Below, in pieces: positions 10,858 through 20,928 of a stretch of DNA of 64,000 bases. The notes below the pieces were generated by a model. That model searched no databases, was not told the DNA's origin, and saw only the letters and a program-made list of their open reading frames with translations. Source of the stretch: an uncultured Candidatus Rokubacteria bacterium (GTDB lineage Bacteria; Methylomirabilota; Methylomirabilia; Rokubacteriales; CSP1-6); assembly GCA_963758635.1 (NCBI GenBank), contig CAVWWD010000008.1:288001-352000 (forward strand), given 5' to 3'. The translations under genes were made by a program, and so were the position numbers. Position 1 is the stretch's first letter, and each line of letters starts with the position of its first letter.

Positions 10858-10867
10858 GGCTGCGGAC

Positions 10868-11650
10868 TCAGGCCGTCGGGCCGCCCGTCGCGGCGGCCAC
10901 GCGGATGTCCTCGCGGGTGTCCCGCTGGATGGTGGGCACCATGACGATCTCCTCCACGACCGTGCGCGGCGGCAGGGTGACGCAGAGCATGATGGCGCGC
11001 GCCACGTCCTCGGGCTGCATCATCGTGGAGCGCGCGGTGTGGTCGGGAGGCAGGGGGCGCTTGTCGAGGATCGGCGTGTCCACCTCGGCGGGCAGGATCG
11101 TCGTGACGCGAATGCCCTTGTCGCGCACCTCGCTGTGGATGTGGCCCATCAGGTTCCGCACGGCGGCCTTGGCCGCGCTGTAGGGCAGGCCGCCCATCAG
11201 CCCGGGCCGGATCCCCGCCACCGAGGACACCGTCACGATCGTGCCCGCCCCGCGCGCGAGCATGCTCGGCAGCACGGCCTGGGTGAGGAGGAAGACGCCG
11301 GTGAGGTTGGCGCCGAGGACGCTATCCCAGTCGGCCTTCCGCACCCAGCGGATGGAGCGGATCGTGCTCGAGTGCCCGGCGTTGTTGACGAGGACGTCGA
11401 CGCGCCCGAACTCCCGCGCCGCCCACTCGCCGAGCTCGACGGGCTCGGTGGGGCTTTCCATGTCCGCCTGGCGCGGCGTCGCCGCGCCGCCCGCGGCCTG
11501 GATCTCCGCGACCACCGCCTCGAGCGGCGCCTTGCGGCGGCCGGTCACGATCACGTGCGCGCCCTCCGCGGCGAGCATCCGCGCCGTCTCGCGACCGATG
11601 CCCGTTCCCCCTCCCGTGACGATCGCCACCTGTCCGTCGAGCACGCCCAT
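10868..11650 (-). CDS. SDR family oxidoreductase
   Basis: Start MGVLDG after an AGGGAG RBS; TGGGTGIG, NNAG, YSAAK. Confidence 0.9.
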   Translation of the reverse strand: MGVLDGQVAIVTGGGTGIGRETARMLAAEGAHVIVTGRRKAPLEAVVAEIQAAGGAATPRQADMESPTEPVELGEWAAREFGRVDVLVNNAGHSSTIRSIRWVRKADWDSVLGANLTGVFLLTQAVLPSMLARGAGTIVTVSSVAGIRPGLMGGLPYSAAKAAVRNLMGHIHSEVRDKGIRVTTILPAEVDTPILDKRPLPPDHTARSTMMQPEDVARAIMLCVTLPPRTVVEEIVMVPTIQRDTREDIRVAAATGGPTA

Positions 11651-11661
11651 GGTCGCTCCCT

Positions 11662-11749
11662 TCGAGTGATCCTCGCAGAATACGGTAACCGCCACGGGCC
11701 TCTACAATCCCACCGCTCGGGATTAGTCTGATGCGCGGGGCTCATTCGA
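11662..11749 (+). repeat. Interspersed repeat family B, copy 1
   Basis: About 88 bp, near-identical to 24265-24350 and, inverted, to 37845-37929. Confidence 0.9.
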
Positions 11750-11809
11750 TGATCGGCGCCCGGCGCGCGCCGGACGCGGGCTGACCCTAAGCCAGCCGCC
11801 GCTCGCGCG

Positions 11810-13381
11810 TCAAGCGCCGAGCGCGCTCTCGATGCGCCGGGCGAGACGGAGCGCGAGGGCCACGATGGTCAGCGTCGGGTTCGCGCTGCCCGAGGTCGGG
11901 AAGACCGAGCTCCCCGCCACGTAGAGGTTCTCCGTCCCGTGGACGCGGCAGTCGGCGTCGACCACGCCGTGGCGCGGGTCGCGGCTCATGCGGGTCGTGC
12001 CCATGTGGTGCCGGGCCCCCCGCAGCCCGCGAGGCCACGGACCATCCGCCCGCCCCATCGCGCTCCGGAGCCGGCCGATCCCGGCCCGCGCCAGCTCCTC
12101 CCGGAGGATCACGTGCGCGCGGTGCGCGGTGCGCCGGTCGATCGCGCTGAGCCGCCAGTCGAGGACGACCCGGGGGCAGCCGAGGCGGTCCCGCGCCTCG
12201 GAGAGGACCACACGGCTGTCCGGGTTGGGCGCCTGCTCCATGACGTTCTTCACCACGTAGAGCCGTCGTCGTCTCGGCCTTCGATCGCCGCGGACGCGGG
12301 TCAGGCCGGCGCCGGCGAGCGAGGAGATCACGTTCCGGAGATGAGCGAGGCCGCCCGCCGGCGGCGGCTCGCGCCGGGCCAGCGCCCCCAGGAGCTCGCG
12401 GCCCCACCGCCCGGACGCCCGGGCCGTCTCCTCGTCGAAGATGGCGCAGAAGTTCGTGAGCCGCTCGTGCTGCTGCACCGCGGCCGTCAGTCCGACGAGG
12501 CCGCGCACCCTGTACCCCCCGAGGAGCCGGCTGTCCGTGTAGAAGGCGTCGATGCCGCCTTTCGGAGCCAGGATCGAGGCGGCGCGGTCCAGGTAGAGAT
12601 GCTCCATGAAGTAGCGTCCGACCTGGTCGTGCGCGTTGCCCAGGCCCGCGGGGGCGGCGGACCTGGACATCAACAGGAGTCGCGCGTTCTCGATGCCGCC
12701 GGCGGCGAGGACGAACAGCCTGGCCTCGACGTGGAAGCCGCCGCTCGACAGGCGCGCGACCCGTGCCCGATGGATTCGCGCGGACGGAGCCGGCGCCTCC
12801 AGCTCCACGACGCTGGCGTTCAGGTAGGCGGTGACGTTGTCCGCGCCCCGGATGTCGTCGCCGTACGCCTCCGCGAAGCGGGTCGGCGGGCTCTGGTGCA
12901 GGGTCAGGGAGCGCAGGCGCTCCCCCGGGAACGCGATCGGCCGGATGCCGTGCCGCAGCCAGTCCTCGATGGCGTACGCGAACGGCCCGAGCTGGCACAG
13001 CTCCTGCGCTCTGCCGTAGAAGGGGAGGAGATCGGCCGGCCCGATGGGCCACCCGCTGTGGGGGACCCAGGCGCGATGGTCGAAGTCCATCGGATCGAGC
13101 GGCCGACACTCGCCGGCCCACTCGTTCGTGGTGCCTCCGAAGTACCGCGCGCGCGTCCGGATGGCGTCGAGCGGGAAGTACGGGACCCCGCGCGTCTCGC
13201 CGGCGTAGAGGGACTGGGTCGCCTCGTCGGCGGTCAGTCCGCCGCTCTCGAGCAGCGCCACGCGGAACGATCGGTGGGAGAGCTCGCGCGCGATCGTGAT
13301 GCCGGCGGCTCCGCCGCCCACGATGCAGACGTCCGCCGCGATCACGGAGCCATCGGGAACGCCGTGGGCATCCACGAGCAT
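11810..13381 (-). CDS. GMC family oxidoreductase
   Basis: GGGAAG FAD motif, LAAGGIENARLLL, GRYFMEH, HHMGTTRM, ANPTLT. Confidence 0.92.
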   Translation of the reverse strand: MLVDAHGVPDGSVIAADVCIVGGGAAGITIARELSHRSFRVALLESGGLTADEATQSLYAGETRGVPYFPLDAIRTRARYFGGTTNEWAGECRPLDPMDFDHRAWVPHSGWPIGPADLLPFYGRAQELCQLGPFAYAIEDWLRHGIRPIAFPGERLRSLTLHQSPPTRFAEAYGDDIRGADNVTAYLNASVVELEAPAPSARIHRARVARLSSGGFHVEARLFVLAAGGIENARLLLMSRSAAPAGLGNAHDQVGRYFMEHLYLDRAASILAPKGGIDAFYTDSRLLGGYRVRGLVGLTAAVQQHERLTNFCAIFDEETARASGRWGRELLGALARREPPPAGGLAHLRNVISSLAGAGLTRVRGDRRPRRRRLYVVKNVMEQAPNPDSRVVLSEARDRLGCPRVVLDWRLSAIDRRTAHRAHVILREELARAGIGRLRSAMGRADGPWPRGLRGARHHMGTTRMSRDPRHGVVDADCRVHGTENLYVAGSSVFPTSGSANPTLTIVALALRLARRIESALGA

Positions 13382-13544
13382 GGTCGAGTCGAGAGTGTGC
13401 ACGAGGAGGTGGGCCGGACAAAGCTCCGCGCCGCGCCGGCCGGCTGCGGTCATTCGCCTTGCTTGACGCCGCGTGGCGCGTGAGCGGAAGATGGCCGAGA
13501 GCCGCGGCGCCCCGCGCCCGGCGATCTCTCGAGGGAGGCCACCC

Positions 13545-13944
13545 GTGCCCGCTACCGATCGCAAGGAGATCCGCGTCCCCGGCATGCCCGAGCCCGTCAG
13601 CCACTACACGGACGTCGTTCGCGCGGGCCGCATGGTCTTCGTCTCCGGCTGCGTGGCGTGCTGACGCCGACGGCCGGACGGTCGGCGGGGCCGACGTGAC
13701 CGCCCAGGCCCGGCAGGTCCACGAGAACCTCAAGCGCTGCCTGGCCGCCGCGGGCGCGACGTTCGCCGACGTGTGCAAGGTCACCGTGTTCCTGAAGGAC
13801 GTGAACGACCGCGAGAAGGTCAACGCGGTCCGCCGCGAATACTTCGGCGCGAGCCGGCCCGCGAGCACGCTCGTCGAGATCTCCCGGCTCGTCCGCGACG
13901 ACCTGCTGCTGGAGATCGAGGCCGTCGCGGTGCTGCCGGAATGA
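13545..13944 (+). CDS. RidA family protein (frameshift near 13660)
   Basis: GTG start after GGGAGG; SHY...VFVSG, then after a one-base shift QARQVHENL...PASTLVEISRLV..LLEIEAVA. Confidence 0.85.
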
Positions 13945-14801
13945 GCGCGGCGCCGCTGCTCACCGTCGGGCGCCTGCGCGTCAGCTCCGTGGTGGAGCGC
14001 GCCGGGCCCACCCGGCCGACCTGGCTCCTGCCCGACGCGACGCCGGAGGCGGTGGACCGGCACCGTGGCTGGCTGGCGCCGCACTTCCTCGACGAGGGCG
14101 GCCGCTTCCTCCAGAGCGTGCACAGCTTCGTCGTCCAGGCGCCCGGGCTCACGATGCTGGTCGACACCTGCATCGGCAACGACAAGCCGCGCGCCCAGCG
14201 GCACTGGCACATGCTGCGCACCTCGTACCTGGAGGACCTTGCCGCCGCGGGGTTCCCGCCCGAGTCCATCGACCTCGTGCTGTGCACGCACCTGCACGTG
14301 GACCACGTGGGGTGGAACACGCGTCTCCAGGACGGGCGGTGGGTGCCGACGTTCCCGCGGGCCCGCTACCTCTTCGCGCGCGCGGAGTGGGAGCACTGGG
14401 CGAAGCAGGACGGCGACGAGTACGGCCCGATCATCGCCGACAGCGTGCGGCCCATCGTGGAGGCGGGCCGCGCCGACCTCGTCGCCGCCGACCACGTGAT
14501 CGGCGACGAGCTCGCGCTCCTGCCCACGCCCGGCCACACGCCGGGGCACGTGAGCCTCCGCCTGACCTCGCAGGGCGAGGAAGCCGTGATCACCGGCGAC
14601 CTCATGCACGCGCCCATCCAGTGCGCGGAGCCCGACTGGGCGACCGCGTTCGACACCGATGCCGAGCACGCCCGCGTCACCCGGCGCGCGTTCCTCGAGC
14701 GCCACGCCAACCGGGACGTCTGGGTGCTGGGCACGCACTTCCACACCCCCTCCGCCGGCCACGTCGTCCGCGAAGGCGCCACGTGGCGCTTTCGCGTCTG
14801 A
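13941..14801 (+). CDS. MBL-fold metallo-hydrolase
   Basis: THLHVDHVGWN, PGHTPGH, GDLMH, GTHF. Confidence 0.92.
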   Translation: MSAAPLLTVGRLRVSSVVERAGPTRPTWLLPDATPEAVDRHRGWLAPHFLDEGGRFLQSVHSFVVQAPGLTMLVDTCIGNDKPRAQRHWHMLRTSYLEDLAAAGFPPESIDLVLCTHLHVDHVGWNTRLQDGRWVPTFPRARYLFARAEWEHWAKQDGDEYGPIIADSVRPIVEAGRADLVAADHVIGDELALLPTPGHTPGHVSLRLTSQGEEAVITGDLMHAPIQCAEPDWATAFDTDAEHARVTRRAFLERHANRDVWVLGTHFHTPSAGHVVREGATWRFRV

Positions 14802-14813
14802 GCCGGCGGGGCG

Positions 14814-14906
14814 TGTGAATGAATGGCGAGGCGGCCCCGCGTGTGTACGCAGAATCGCGGTGTTGGCCCGCAAGGCGACGTCGACATCCAGATTGCTTCA
14901 CAACTT
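14814..14906 (+). repeat. Interspersed repeat family A
   Basis: TGTGAATGAAT...GTACGCAGAATCGCGGTGTTGGCCCGC...TTCACAAC. Confidence 0.9.
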
Positions 14907-14933
14907 CGTACGGGAGACCCGAGGAGACCAGCC

Positions 14934-15356
14934 ATGCCGATCGCCAAGGACTTCGCCGCCGCCTTCAACCGCCGGGACCCCGACGCGCTGGTCGCGCTGT
15001 TCACCGACGGCGCGACCTACGACGACCTCTTCTACGGCCCCCACACCGGGCGCCCCGTGCTGCGCGAGATGTTCGCGCGCATGTTCCACGAAGGCCGCGA
15101 CTACGACTGGTCGATGGAGGTCGTGGTGGAGGACGGCCGCCGCGAGGCCGCGGAGTGGACGTTCTCGTACGTGGTGAGCGACGCGCTGCCGCGCAGCGCC
15201 GGCCGCAAGGTGCGCTTCCGCGGCATGAGCCTGTTCGAGCTCGAGGGGGGGAAGATCGCCGCGTACCGCGAGCACGCCAACACCGGCCTCGCCCTGCTCC
15301 AGCTCGGCTTCGCCCCCGAGGCCCTCGCCAAGGTGCTGTCGCGGAGCCTCCGGTGA
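14934..15356 (+). CDS. SnoaL-like / NTF2 family protein
   Basis: FAAAFNRRD.DALVALFTDGATY.D; RGMSLFEL.GGKI..YRE. Confidence 0.85.
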   Translation: MPIAKDFAAAFNRRDPDALVALFTDGATYDDLFYGPHTGRPVLREMFARMFHEGRDYDWSMEVVVEDGRREAAEWTFSYVVSDALPRSAGRKVRFRGMSLFELEGGKIAAYREHANTGLALLQLGFAPEALAKVLSRSLR

Positions 15357-16201
15357 CGGGGGCGCCCGCGCTCGTCGGCACGGACTGGCTCGCCGCGCAC
15401 CTCGCCGACGGCGACGTGCGGGTGATCGACGCCACCTGGTACCTGCCGCACCTGCAGCGGGACGCGCGCGCGGAGTTCGAGGCGGCGCGCCTGCCCGGCG
15501 CCGTCTACTTCGACATCGAGGCGATCTCGGATCACGCCTCGTCGCTGCCCCACATGCTGCCGGCCGCGGAGGGGTTCGCGGCCGCGGTGGGCGCGCTCGG
15601 CATCGGCAGCGGCGATCACGTGGTGGCGTACGGCGGCAAGAACCTGATCGCGTCCGCCCGCGCGTGGTGGATGTTCCGGGTCTTCGGTCACGACCGCGTC
15701 AGCGTGCTCGACGGCGGATCGGCGAAGTGGCGCGCGGAAGGCCGCCCGATCGACGCGGGCCGCCCCGCGCCGCCCGCGGCCCGACCCTTCACCGCGCGCT
15801 TCCGGCCCGAGCTGGTGCGGAGCGTCGGAGAGGTGCGGGACAACGTCGCGTCCCGGCGCGAGCAGGCCCTCGACGCCCGTTCCGCGGGCCGCTTCACGGG
15901 CGCGGAGCCGGAGATCCGCCCCGGTGTCCGGAGCGGCCACATCCCGGGGAGCCTGAACCTGCCCTACGACCGGCTCTTCCCGGCGCCGGACGGACTGCTC
16001 GCGCCCGTCGCCGAGCTCAAGCGCGCGTTCGAGGCGTCCGGCCTCGACGTGGGGAAGCCCGTGTTCACCACGTGCGGCTCGGGCGTCAGCGCCGCCGTGC
16101 TCGCGCTGGGCCTGCACCAGATCGGCCGCGCGGACGTCCCGTTTACGACGGCTCGTGGACGGAGTGGGGCGGGCGGAGACGACACGCCGATCGAGCGCTG
16201 A
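15353..16201 (+). CDS. sseA: 3-mercaptopyruvate sulfurtransferase / rhodanese (frameshifts near 3' end)
   Basis: LPGAVYFDI, SARAWWMF, LDGG, GHIPG, active site CGSGVSA; YDGSWTEW in a shifted frame. Confidence 0.9.
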   Translation: MTGAPALVGTDWLAAHLADGDVRVIDATWYLPHLQRDARAEFEAARLPGAVYFDIEAISDHASSLPHMLPAAEGFAAAVGALGIGSGDHVVAYGGKNLIASARAWWMFRVFGHDRVSVLDGGSAKWRAEGRPIDAGRPAPPAARPFTARFRPELVRSVGEVRDNVASRREQALDARSAGRFTGAEPEIRPGVRSGHIPGSLNLPYDRLFPAPDGLLAPVAELKRAFEASGLDVGKPVFTTCGSGVSAAVLALGLHQIGRADVPFTTARGRSGAGGDDTPIER

Positions 16202-16230
16202 CCGCCGCGGACGAACCGCGGGTCGCGTGC

Positions 16231-16297
16231 TGTTGCGCGAGGGTCTGACCCCGATGTTGCGCGTTGTTGCGCGAGGGCCTGACCCCGATGTTGCGCG
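16231..16297. repeat. Tandem 33-bp direct repeat with a REP-like GGGTCTGACCC palindrome
   Basis: TGTTGCGCGAGGG(T/C)CTGACCCCGATGTTGCGCG at 16231 and 16265, one mismatch. Confidence 0.85.
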
Positions 16298-16313
16298 CCG
16301 GGCCGAGGCGGGG

Positions 16314-17180
16314 CTACTTCTTGGCGGCCTGGGCCTTCTTGGCGGGCGCCTCGGCGCGGACCTTGGCGGGGGCTTTCGCGGCGGGCTTCTTGGCGTCGGC
16401 GCCGTCGCCGCGCCTGGCCAGGCTCTCCTTCAGCGCCTCCATCAGATCGATGACCTGGGCGCGCGGCGCCTCGGGGGTCGCCGTGGTGATCTCCTTGCCC
16501 TCGACCTTGGAGTTGACGAGGTCGAGCACGCGCTGCCGGTACTCGTCCTGGTACTGCTCGGGCTTGAACTCCTCGCGCGTCAGCTCGTCGATCAGGCGCT
16601 GCGCCAGGTCCAGCTCGCCGTCGCGGATCTTGGCGCTCTCGCCCTTGTCGATCTCGCCGAAGTCGCGGACCTCGTCGGCGAAGTACATGGTGTGGAGCAT
16701 CAGGCCCTTCTGCGAGGGGCGGATGAGGACGAGGCTCTCCTTGCCGCGCATCACGAACTTGGCCAGGGCCACGCGGTCCGACTTCGCCATGGCGTCGGCG
16801 AGGAGCCGGTAGGCCTTCTCGCCGCCCTTGTCCGGCCCCAGGAAGTACGTCTTCTCGAAGTAGATGGGATCCACGCGGTCCAGCGGGACGAACTCCTCGA
16901 TGTCGATGACCTTCGAGGCCTCGCCCTCGAGGGCCTTGAGCTCGTCCTCGCCGAAGCGCACGTACTGGTCCTTCGTGTACTCGTAGCCCCGCACGAGCGC
17001 GTTGCGCTCGACCGTCTCGTTGCACGCGGGGCAGAACGTCTGCTGCCGGATGCGGCTGCCGCACTTGGCGTGCAGCATGTTGAAGGCGACGCCGCCGCTG
17101 GCGGCGGCGGTGTACATCCGGATGGGGATGGACACCAGCCCGAACGAGATCGTGCCGGAACCGGTGGAATGGGGAGGCAT
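16314..17180 (-). CDS. ku: Non-homologous end joining protein Ku
   Basis: GTISFGLVSIPI, DPIYFEKTYFL, VIDLMEALKESL, basic Lys/Ala-rich tail. Confidence 0.95.
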   Translation of the reverse strand: MPPHSTGSGTISFGLVSIPIRMYTAAASGGVAFNMLHAKCGSRIRQQTFCPACNETVERNALVRGYEYTKDQYVRFGEDELKALEGEASKVIDIEEFVPLDRVDPIYFEKTYFLGPDKGGEKAYRLLADAMAKSDRVALAKFVMRGKESLVLIRPSQKGLMLHTMYFADEVRDFGEIDKGESAKIRDGELDLAQRLIDELTREEFKPEQYQDEYRQRVLDLVNSKVEGKEITTATPEAPRAQVIDLMEALKESLARRGDGADAKKPAAKAPAKVRAEAPAKKAQAAKK

Positions 17181-17304
17181 GGCCGCGGCCCTCCGTGGTA
17201 GGTGACGTTCGATTTCACGATTATCACGCGCCTCCGCTATGCTTCCAAGCGTCCACGCCTGTCCCACCCCTTGGGCCCGCGAGCCCCGACGAGGTCAATC
17301 GGTA

Positions 17305-19359
17305 GTGAGCGAGGACCGACGGGCGTGTCGGGCGATCTCGCCGGCGACGCCGTCGGCCACGCGCGCCGCGCTCCGTGCGCGTCTGGCCGCGATGCGCGCG
17401 CCCCGCGGCGACGTGCCCGCGCGCGGCCAGCCCCTCATGCTCGCCACCGCGGAGGCGCGCCCGTTCTCGCGCGCGGGCTGGCTCTTCGAGATCAAGTACG
17501 ACGGGGTGCGCGTGCTCGCCTGCCGCCGCGGCGAGGTCGTGGAGCTCCTCGGCCGCTCCGGCCAGGACGTCACCGCGCGATATCCGGAGGTGACGCGCGC
17601 GCTCCTCGCCCGGCCCGTCGACGCCTTCCTGATCGACGGCGAGATCGTCGCCTTCGACGGTGGCGGCCGGCCGTCGTTCCAGCGCCTGCAGGCCCGCATG
17701 GGCCTCACCGTCGTCGCCGACGTGGAGCGCGGCATGCGCGACGTGCCCGTCACGGGGGTCTTCTTCGACTGCCTGGCCGCGGACGGCCGCGACCTCCGCG
17801 AGCGTCCGCTGACGGACCGGAAGGCCTGCCTCGCGGACCTGCTGCCCGCCGCCGGCGTGGCGCGCTACGGGGACCACGTGGCCGAGCACGGCGAGGCATT
17901 TTTCGCGGCGGCGTCGCGTGCGCGGCTCGAGGGGATCGTCGCCAAGCGCGGGGCGAGCCGCTACGCCGGCGGTCGCTCGCGCGACTGGATCAAGATCAAG
18001 TGCCAGCTCCGCCAGGAGTTCGTCGTCGGCGGCTACACGGAGCCCCAGGGCTCGCGCGGCCACTTCGGCGCGCTGCACATCGGCCTCTACGAGGGGCCGG
18101 TCGAGCGCCCGCGCCTCGCCTACGTCTGCAAGGTGGGCACGGGCTTCGACGACAAGACCCTCCGCGCGATCCTCGCGCGCCTCGCGCCGCTGGCGCGCGA
18201 CGCCACGCCGTTCGACGTGGGAAGCCCGGCCGGCCGCGGCCATCACTGGGTCGAGCCCACGCTGGTGTGCGAGGTGCGCTTCACCGAATGGACCGACGAG
18301 GGCGGGCTCCGGCATCCCACGTTCCTCGGGCTCCGGGAGGACAAGCGCCCGCACGAGTGCCGGAAGGAAGCGCCGGCCGGGGCTCCGGGATCCGTCGCCC
18401 CGGCGCCGGCGCCGGCCGTGGGCTCCGCCGGCGCGCCGCGCGTCAGGCTGACCAACCTCGGGAAGGTGTTCTGGCCCGGCGAAGGCTACACGAAGGGCGA
18501 CCTCGTCGCGTACTACGACGCGGTGGCGCCGCGGCTGCTCCCGTACCTCGCGGACCGGCCGGTCGTGCTCACGCGCTACCCGGACGGCATCGACGGGAAG
18601 TCGTTCTTCCAGAAGGACGCGCCGGAGCTCGTGCCGTCGTGGGTGCGGACGGAGACGATCTTCTCGCGGGACACCGGACGCGACATCGCGTACTTCATCC
18701 TCGACGACGCGCGGAGCCTCTCCTTCGTGGCCAACATGGCCACGATCCCGCTGCACGTCTGGAGCGCGCGCCTGGCCGCCCTCGATCGCCCGGACTGGCT
18801 CGTGATCGACCTCGACCCCAAGGAGGCGCCGTTCACCGACGTGGTGGCGGTGGCGACGGCCCTCCGCCGGATCCTCGACGAGCTCGAGCTGCCGAGCTAC
18901 CCCAAGACGTCGGGGGCCACGGGGCTCCACATCCTGGTGCCCCTGGGCGCGCGCTACAGCCACGAGGAGACGCGGAACTTCGCCCGCCTGATCGCGCTGC
19001 TCGGCGTGGAGGCGGCGCCCGGGATCGCCACGGTGGCGCGCCCGGTCCGGGAGCGCGGTGGCAAGGTCTACATCGACTTCGGCCAGAACGGCCACGGCGT
19101 CACCATCGTGGCCCCGTACTCGGTGCGCCCGCGTCCGGGCGCCCCCGCGTCCTGCCCGCTCCTGTGGTCGGAGGTGACGGCGCGTCTCGATCCCTCGCGC
19201 TTCACGATCCGGACGATCCCCGGCCGCTTCGAGCGCATGGACGATCCGATGCGCGCCGTGCTGGGCCCCGGCATCGACATGGCCGCGGCCCTCGCGCGCG
19301 TCGAGGCGCGGATGAGCGCGGCGCGCGCGGCGCCGGGCCGCCGGCCGCGGCGCGCGTGA
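17305..19359 (+). CDS. ligD: DNA ligase D (ligase + polymerase domains; start uncertain)
   Basis: Adenylation motif EIKYDG, EGIVAK, WIKIK, LRHPTF; polymerase domain RYPDG, FFQK, DLDP, KTSG..GLH. Confidence 0.92.
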   Translation: MSEDRRACRAISPATPSATRAALRARLAAMRAPRGDVPARGQPLMLATAEARPFSRAGWLFEIKYDGVRVLACRRGEVVELLGRSGQDVTARYPEVTRALLARPVDAFLIDGEIVAFDGGGRPSFQRLQARMGLTVVADVERGMRDVPVTGVFFDCLAADGRDLRERPLTDRKACLADLLPAAGVARYGDHVAEHGEAFFAAASRARLEGIVAKRGASRYAGGRSRDWIKIKCQLRQEFVVGGYTEPQGSRGHFGALHIGLYEGPVERPRLAYVCKVGTGFDDKTLRAILARLAPLARDATPFDVGSPAGRGHHWVEPTLVCEVRFTEWTDEGGLRHPTFLGLREDKRPHECRKEAPAGAPGSVAPAPAPAVGSAGAPRVRLTNLGKVFWPGEGYTKGDLVAYYDAVAPRLLPYLADRPVVLTRYPDGIDGKSFFQKDAPELVPSWVRTETIFSRDTGRDIAYFILDDARSLSFVANMATIPLHVWSARLAALDRPDWLVIDLDPKEAPFTDVVAVATALRRILDELELPSYPKTSGATGLHILVPLGARYSHEETRNFARLIALLGVEAAPGIATVARPVRERGGKVYIDFGQNGHGVTIVAPYSVRPRPGAPASCPLLWSEVTARLDPSRFTIRTIPGRFERMDDPMRAVLGPGIDMAAALARVEARMSAARAAPGRRPRRA

Positions 19360-19438
19360 GCGAGTGCCGCTTCTCTCCGCCCGGCCCCGGCGGCGCGCGT
19401 GAGCAGTGCCGCTTCTCTCCGCCCGGCCGCGGCGGCGC
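19347..19438. repeat. Tandem ~43-bp duplication covering the ligD stop
   Basis: GCGGCGCGCGTGAGC(G)AGTGCCGCTTCTCTCCGCCCGGCC at 19347 and 19390. Confidence 0.8.
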
Positions 19439-19488
19439 CCGGAGTCGTGCCACTTGTCTCCATCCTGCTATAGAATCCCTGGACGCCG

Positions 19489-20019
19489 ATGATCGTCATC
19501 GAGACCGAGCGGCTCCTCCTCCGCGAGTTCAAGAACGATGACCTGGACGCCGTCGCGGCCATGACGGCCGACCCCGAGGTGATGCGCTACCTCGGCGACG
19601 GCCGGACGATCGACCGCGCCGACGCCTGGCGCCAGATGGCGATGTTCATGGGGCACTGGGCGCTCCGGGGATACGGGGTGTGGGCGCTCGAGGAGCGGCG
19701 GAGCGGCGCCTTCGTGGGGCGCGCGGGCCTCTTCTACCCGGACGGCTGGCCGGCGCCCGAGCTGGTCTGGGCGCTGGCGCGCCCGCACTGGGGCAAGGGC
19801 TACGCGACGGAGGCGACGCGCGCGGCGCTCGACCATGCCTTCGGCGCGCTGGGCTGGGAGCGGGCCATCAGCCTGATCCGGCCCGAGAACGCGCGCTCGG
19901 TCCGTGTGGCCGAGCGCCTCGGCGAGACGCTGGAGGGTCGGGTCGAGCTCCGCGGCCTCGAGGCGCTCGTCTACTCGGTCTCGCGGGCGGCGTGGCGCGC
20001 CGGCCGAGGCGCCGCGTGA
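19489..20019 (+). CDS. GNAT family N-acetyltransferase (RimJ/RimL-like)
   Basis: IETERLLLR, HWGKGYATEA, N.RS.RVAERLG. Confidence 0.92.
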   Translation: MIVIETERLLLREFKNDDLDAVAAMTADPEVMRYLGDGRTIDRADAWRQMAMFMGHWALRGYGVWALEERRSGAFVGRAGLFYPDGWPAPELVWALARPHWGKGYATEATRAALDHAFGALGWERAISLIRPENARSVRVAERLGETLEGRVELRGLEALVYSVSRAAWRAGRGAA

Positions 20020-20928
20020 CGATGCCGGGCCTCGACCCCGGGCGGCGATCGCTCCCGGCGCTGGGCTGGCCCGCGCTCACCGTGGGGAGCCTGCTCGTCG
20101 GCATGCTCGCGCTCGCCTCCGAGTCGGGCCGCGCCCTCGGCCGGCCGCCCGCGCGGCTCCTCCTCGACCTGCCCGGCGCCGTGGTGGCGATCGCGTGGGC
20201 CGCCGCGACCATCGCGTGCCTGCTGCTGTTCGCGTTCCTGCTCGCCCTGGTGCGACGCCGCCGGAAGGAGCACGACGAGCGCTTCGCCCTCGGCGGCCTG
20301 CTCCTGCTGCCGCTGTTCATCCTGTTCGCCGCCCTCATGAATGATGGCTCGCTCGATGGGCTGCTCTCGGTGTGGTCCGGCCTGACCCGCCCGCCGGTCT
20401 CGTTGCCGCCGACGGACCCAGGCACCGAGCCGCCCGTCGCCTCGCTGCCGCTCTTCTCGATCGCCGTGGGCGTCCTCGTCCTGCTCCTCGCCGCGACGGT
20501 CCTGGCCCTCGCGATCTGGCTGGTCTTCGGCGAGCGGCTGTCCGACTGGTGGCGGAGCCGCGTTCTCGCCGTACCCGGGCCGCTCGAGGCCGCGGTGGCG
20601 GAGAGCCTCGACGAGCTGCGGATCGACCCCGACCCGCGGCGCGCCATCATCGGCTGCTATCGGAGGTTCGAGCACGCCCTGGCCCGGTCACGGTTCCCGC
20701 GGGCGCCATGGCAGACGCCGCTCGAGTTCCTGCGAGCCGTGCTCGAGCGCTTGCCGCTGCCCGCCGACGCGGTGCGGACCCTCACGGGGCTCTTCGAGCG
20801 CGCGCGTTTCAGTGACGAGGCGCTGGGCGAGGCCGACCGCCAGGCCGCGCTGGAGGCGGTGCTCGCGATCCAGGCCAGCCTGGACGCCCGGCCCGCCGCG
20901 GCGCCGGGCGCCGGCCGAGGCCCGCTGA
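20016..20928 (+). CDS. DUF4129-domain membrane protein
   Basis: Several TM segments, then DPRRAIIGCY...TPLEF...LTGLFERARFS. As written it runs in frame into the next gene; an out-of-frame TGATG at 20926 suggests two coupled genes. Confidence 0.65.

Noticed and set aside
13650..13670. TGA after GCVAC in ridA as a possible selenocysteine codon
   Set aside because: The rest of RidA is in a different frame, so this is an indel rather than readthrough.
11787..14873. Long antisense or alternate-frame ORFs (this 1028-aa ORF, 37926-40613, 46486-49494 and others)
   Set aside because: Arg/Gly/Pro-rich shadow ORFs overlapping well-supported genes.
14819..14910. Recurring peptide RVYAESRCWPAR in several ORF translations
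   Set aside because: It is the translation of repeat A; indels between copies break the frame, so a conserved peptide is unsupported.
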